DNA of 64,000 bases from Nageia nagi. Lineage: Eukaryota > Plantae > Pinophyta. Below the pieces are notes generated by a model, which did no database searches, was not told where the DNA came from, and was given only the letters and a program-made list of their open reading frames with translations. Where the stretch lies: contig JBITNC010000001.1 in the NCBI GenBank assembly GCA_050084985.1, forward strand, positions 97,402,001-97,466,000. Reading direction: 5' to 3'. The translations under genes were made by a program, and so were the position numbers. Below, in pieces: positions 62,721-64,000 of this stretch; position 1 is the first letter of the stretch, and every line of letters starts with the position of its first letter.

Positions 62721-64000
62721 ATATTCCTTTGAAATAATTATCATTATGATAACCCTAAAGACATATCATGTGTCTCATTGGTAATCAACCAATCTTATGG
62801 AATCTCAAAAGTAGGAATTTCATTATTTTTAACTTCCAAAGCCACCTATGGTTTTCTTCACTAGTAATGGATAAGATACACCCCTTTTGTATTTTTCTTA
62901 TATCTAGTTTGATAAATGTGGGTAACTAGAAAAGGATGAGTATATTATATATATAGAAAAACTTGGAGGTTGATTATGAGAATTTTTTTATCAAGCTTCA
63001 TTATTAGTGATGCTAGACAAACACCCTTCACATCACTTATGAATATAAAGGTTGGATTTATTTCCTACCCATAAATCTTATTATTAAAGAGTGTGTTATT
63101 TATCTAAGGGGAAGGCAAACAGCATATGGATGAATCAAGAAGAGAGTATTTGATGTTGAATTTTATTCTTAAATTTTTATTCACCTATATATTATTTAAA
63201 TAAATGATTCAACTTTGTGTATATTAAGCTTGTAAATACATCTATTTATATTATGCATATCATAATAAAAGTTAGGAATTAACTCTAAACAAAATGAGCA
63301 TTCAATTTATATTATCTTTATAATAAATCTTGAGCTAAGAAGGGGAATGAAAATATACAATAATTTAAAATGAAATTAATGGCAATAGGATTCAAAAGAA
63401 CATAGGACATAGAAAATAATCACTTAAGCCTATTTTTGAATAGTATCCAACTACTTTTGAGTGTCATGTTCATTCCTATGAGTCTTAAAAGGATATTTTT
63501 CTATTTATTGTATCTCATGATTGATAAAGGGAGTATTAATATGAAAATAACCCACTTAATATAAATAAAAAATGAGATTATGATAATTAAATCTAAAAAT
63601 ATGGCTCACCCCATAATCCTCTTTAATAATCAACCCTTAGATATGGGTCACTCTTATAAATAGTTGGGTATCAACATTTTTTTGGTATTAGTACTAGAGG
63701 TTTTAAGTTCCTTAAACTTGTACAAAATTAGATTGTAAAACAACCTGTGTAAGCATTGTTTGTTGCATAGCTTGCCTAAAACAACTTACTAGCTTATAAA
63801 GCATAGAATCTTAAAACACAAATAAAAGAAGCCCAAAACATACAATTTAACTATTGATTTTTTCCTTCATCTTATATGACTCTCCTTTATCCCTTTCACC
63901 AACCTACCTTAAGAATTCAACTAAGGTCCTAATGTGGAAAACCTACTCTATTCCCAGTAAGTTCATTTATGTCATTATGGTATGCAATGTGCGTGATAAG

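Overview
AT-rich, TE-dominated plant nuclear DNA. The PPR motif style, very old LTR pairs and giant intron suggest a gymnosperm (inference). The only intact host gene is a Zn-type glyoxalase I (lactoylglutathione lyase) on the + strand: 7 coding exons, 15764-41984, 185 aa, all introns GT-AG. Its last intron (18085-41883, 23.8 kb) holds a chromodomain Ty3/Gypsy element (- strand) into which two Ty1/Copia elements inserted with perfect 5-bp TSDs, plus a truncated Copia. Upstream lie a 5' Copia half, scrambled and tandemly amplified PLS-PPR fragments, and decayed Gypsy gag remnants. Downstream lie a gag-only Tat/Ogre-like LTR element, a solo LTR and a decayed ~7.8-kb DNA transposon. That transposon is the best candidate for something undescribed: a hAT-type transposase paired with a convergent multi-exon gene weakly resembling the plant mobile domain, framed by long inverted ends and palindromic 21-bp repeat arrays. 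All calls were made by eye; no searches were run.
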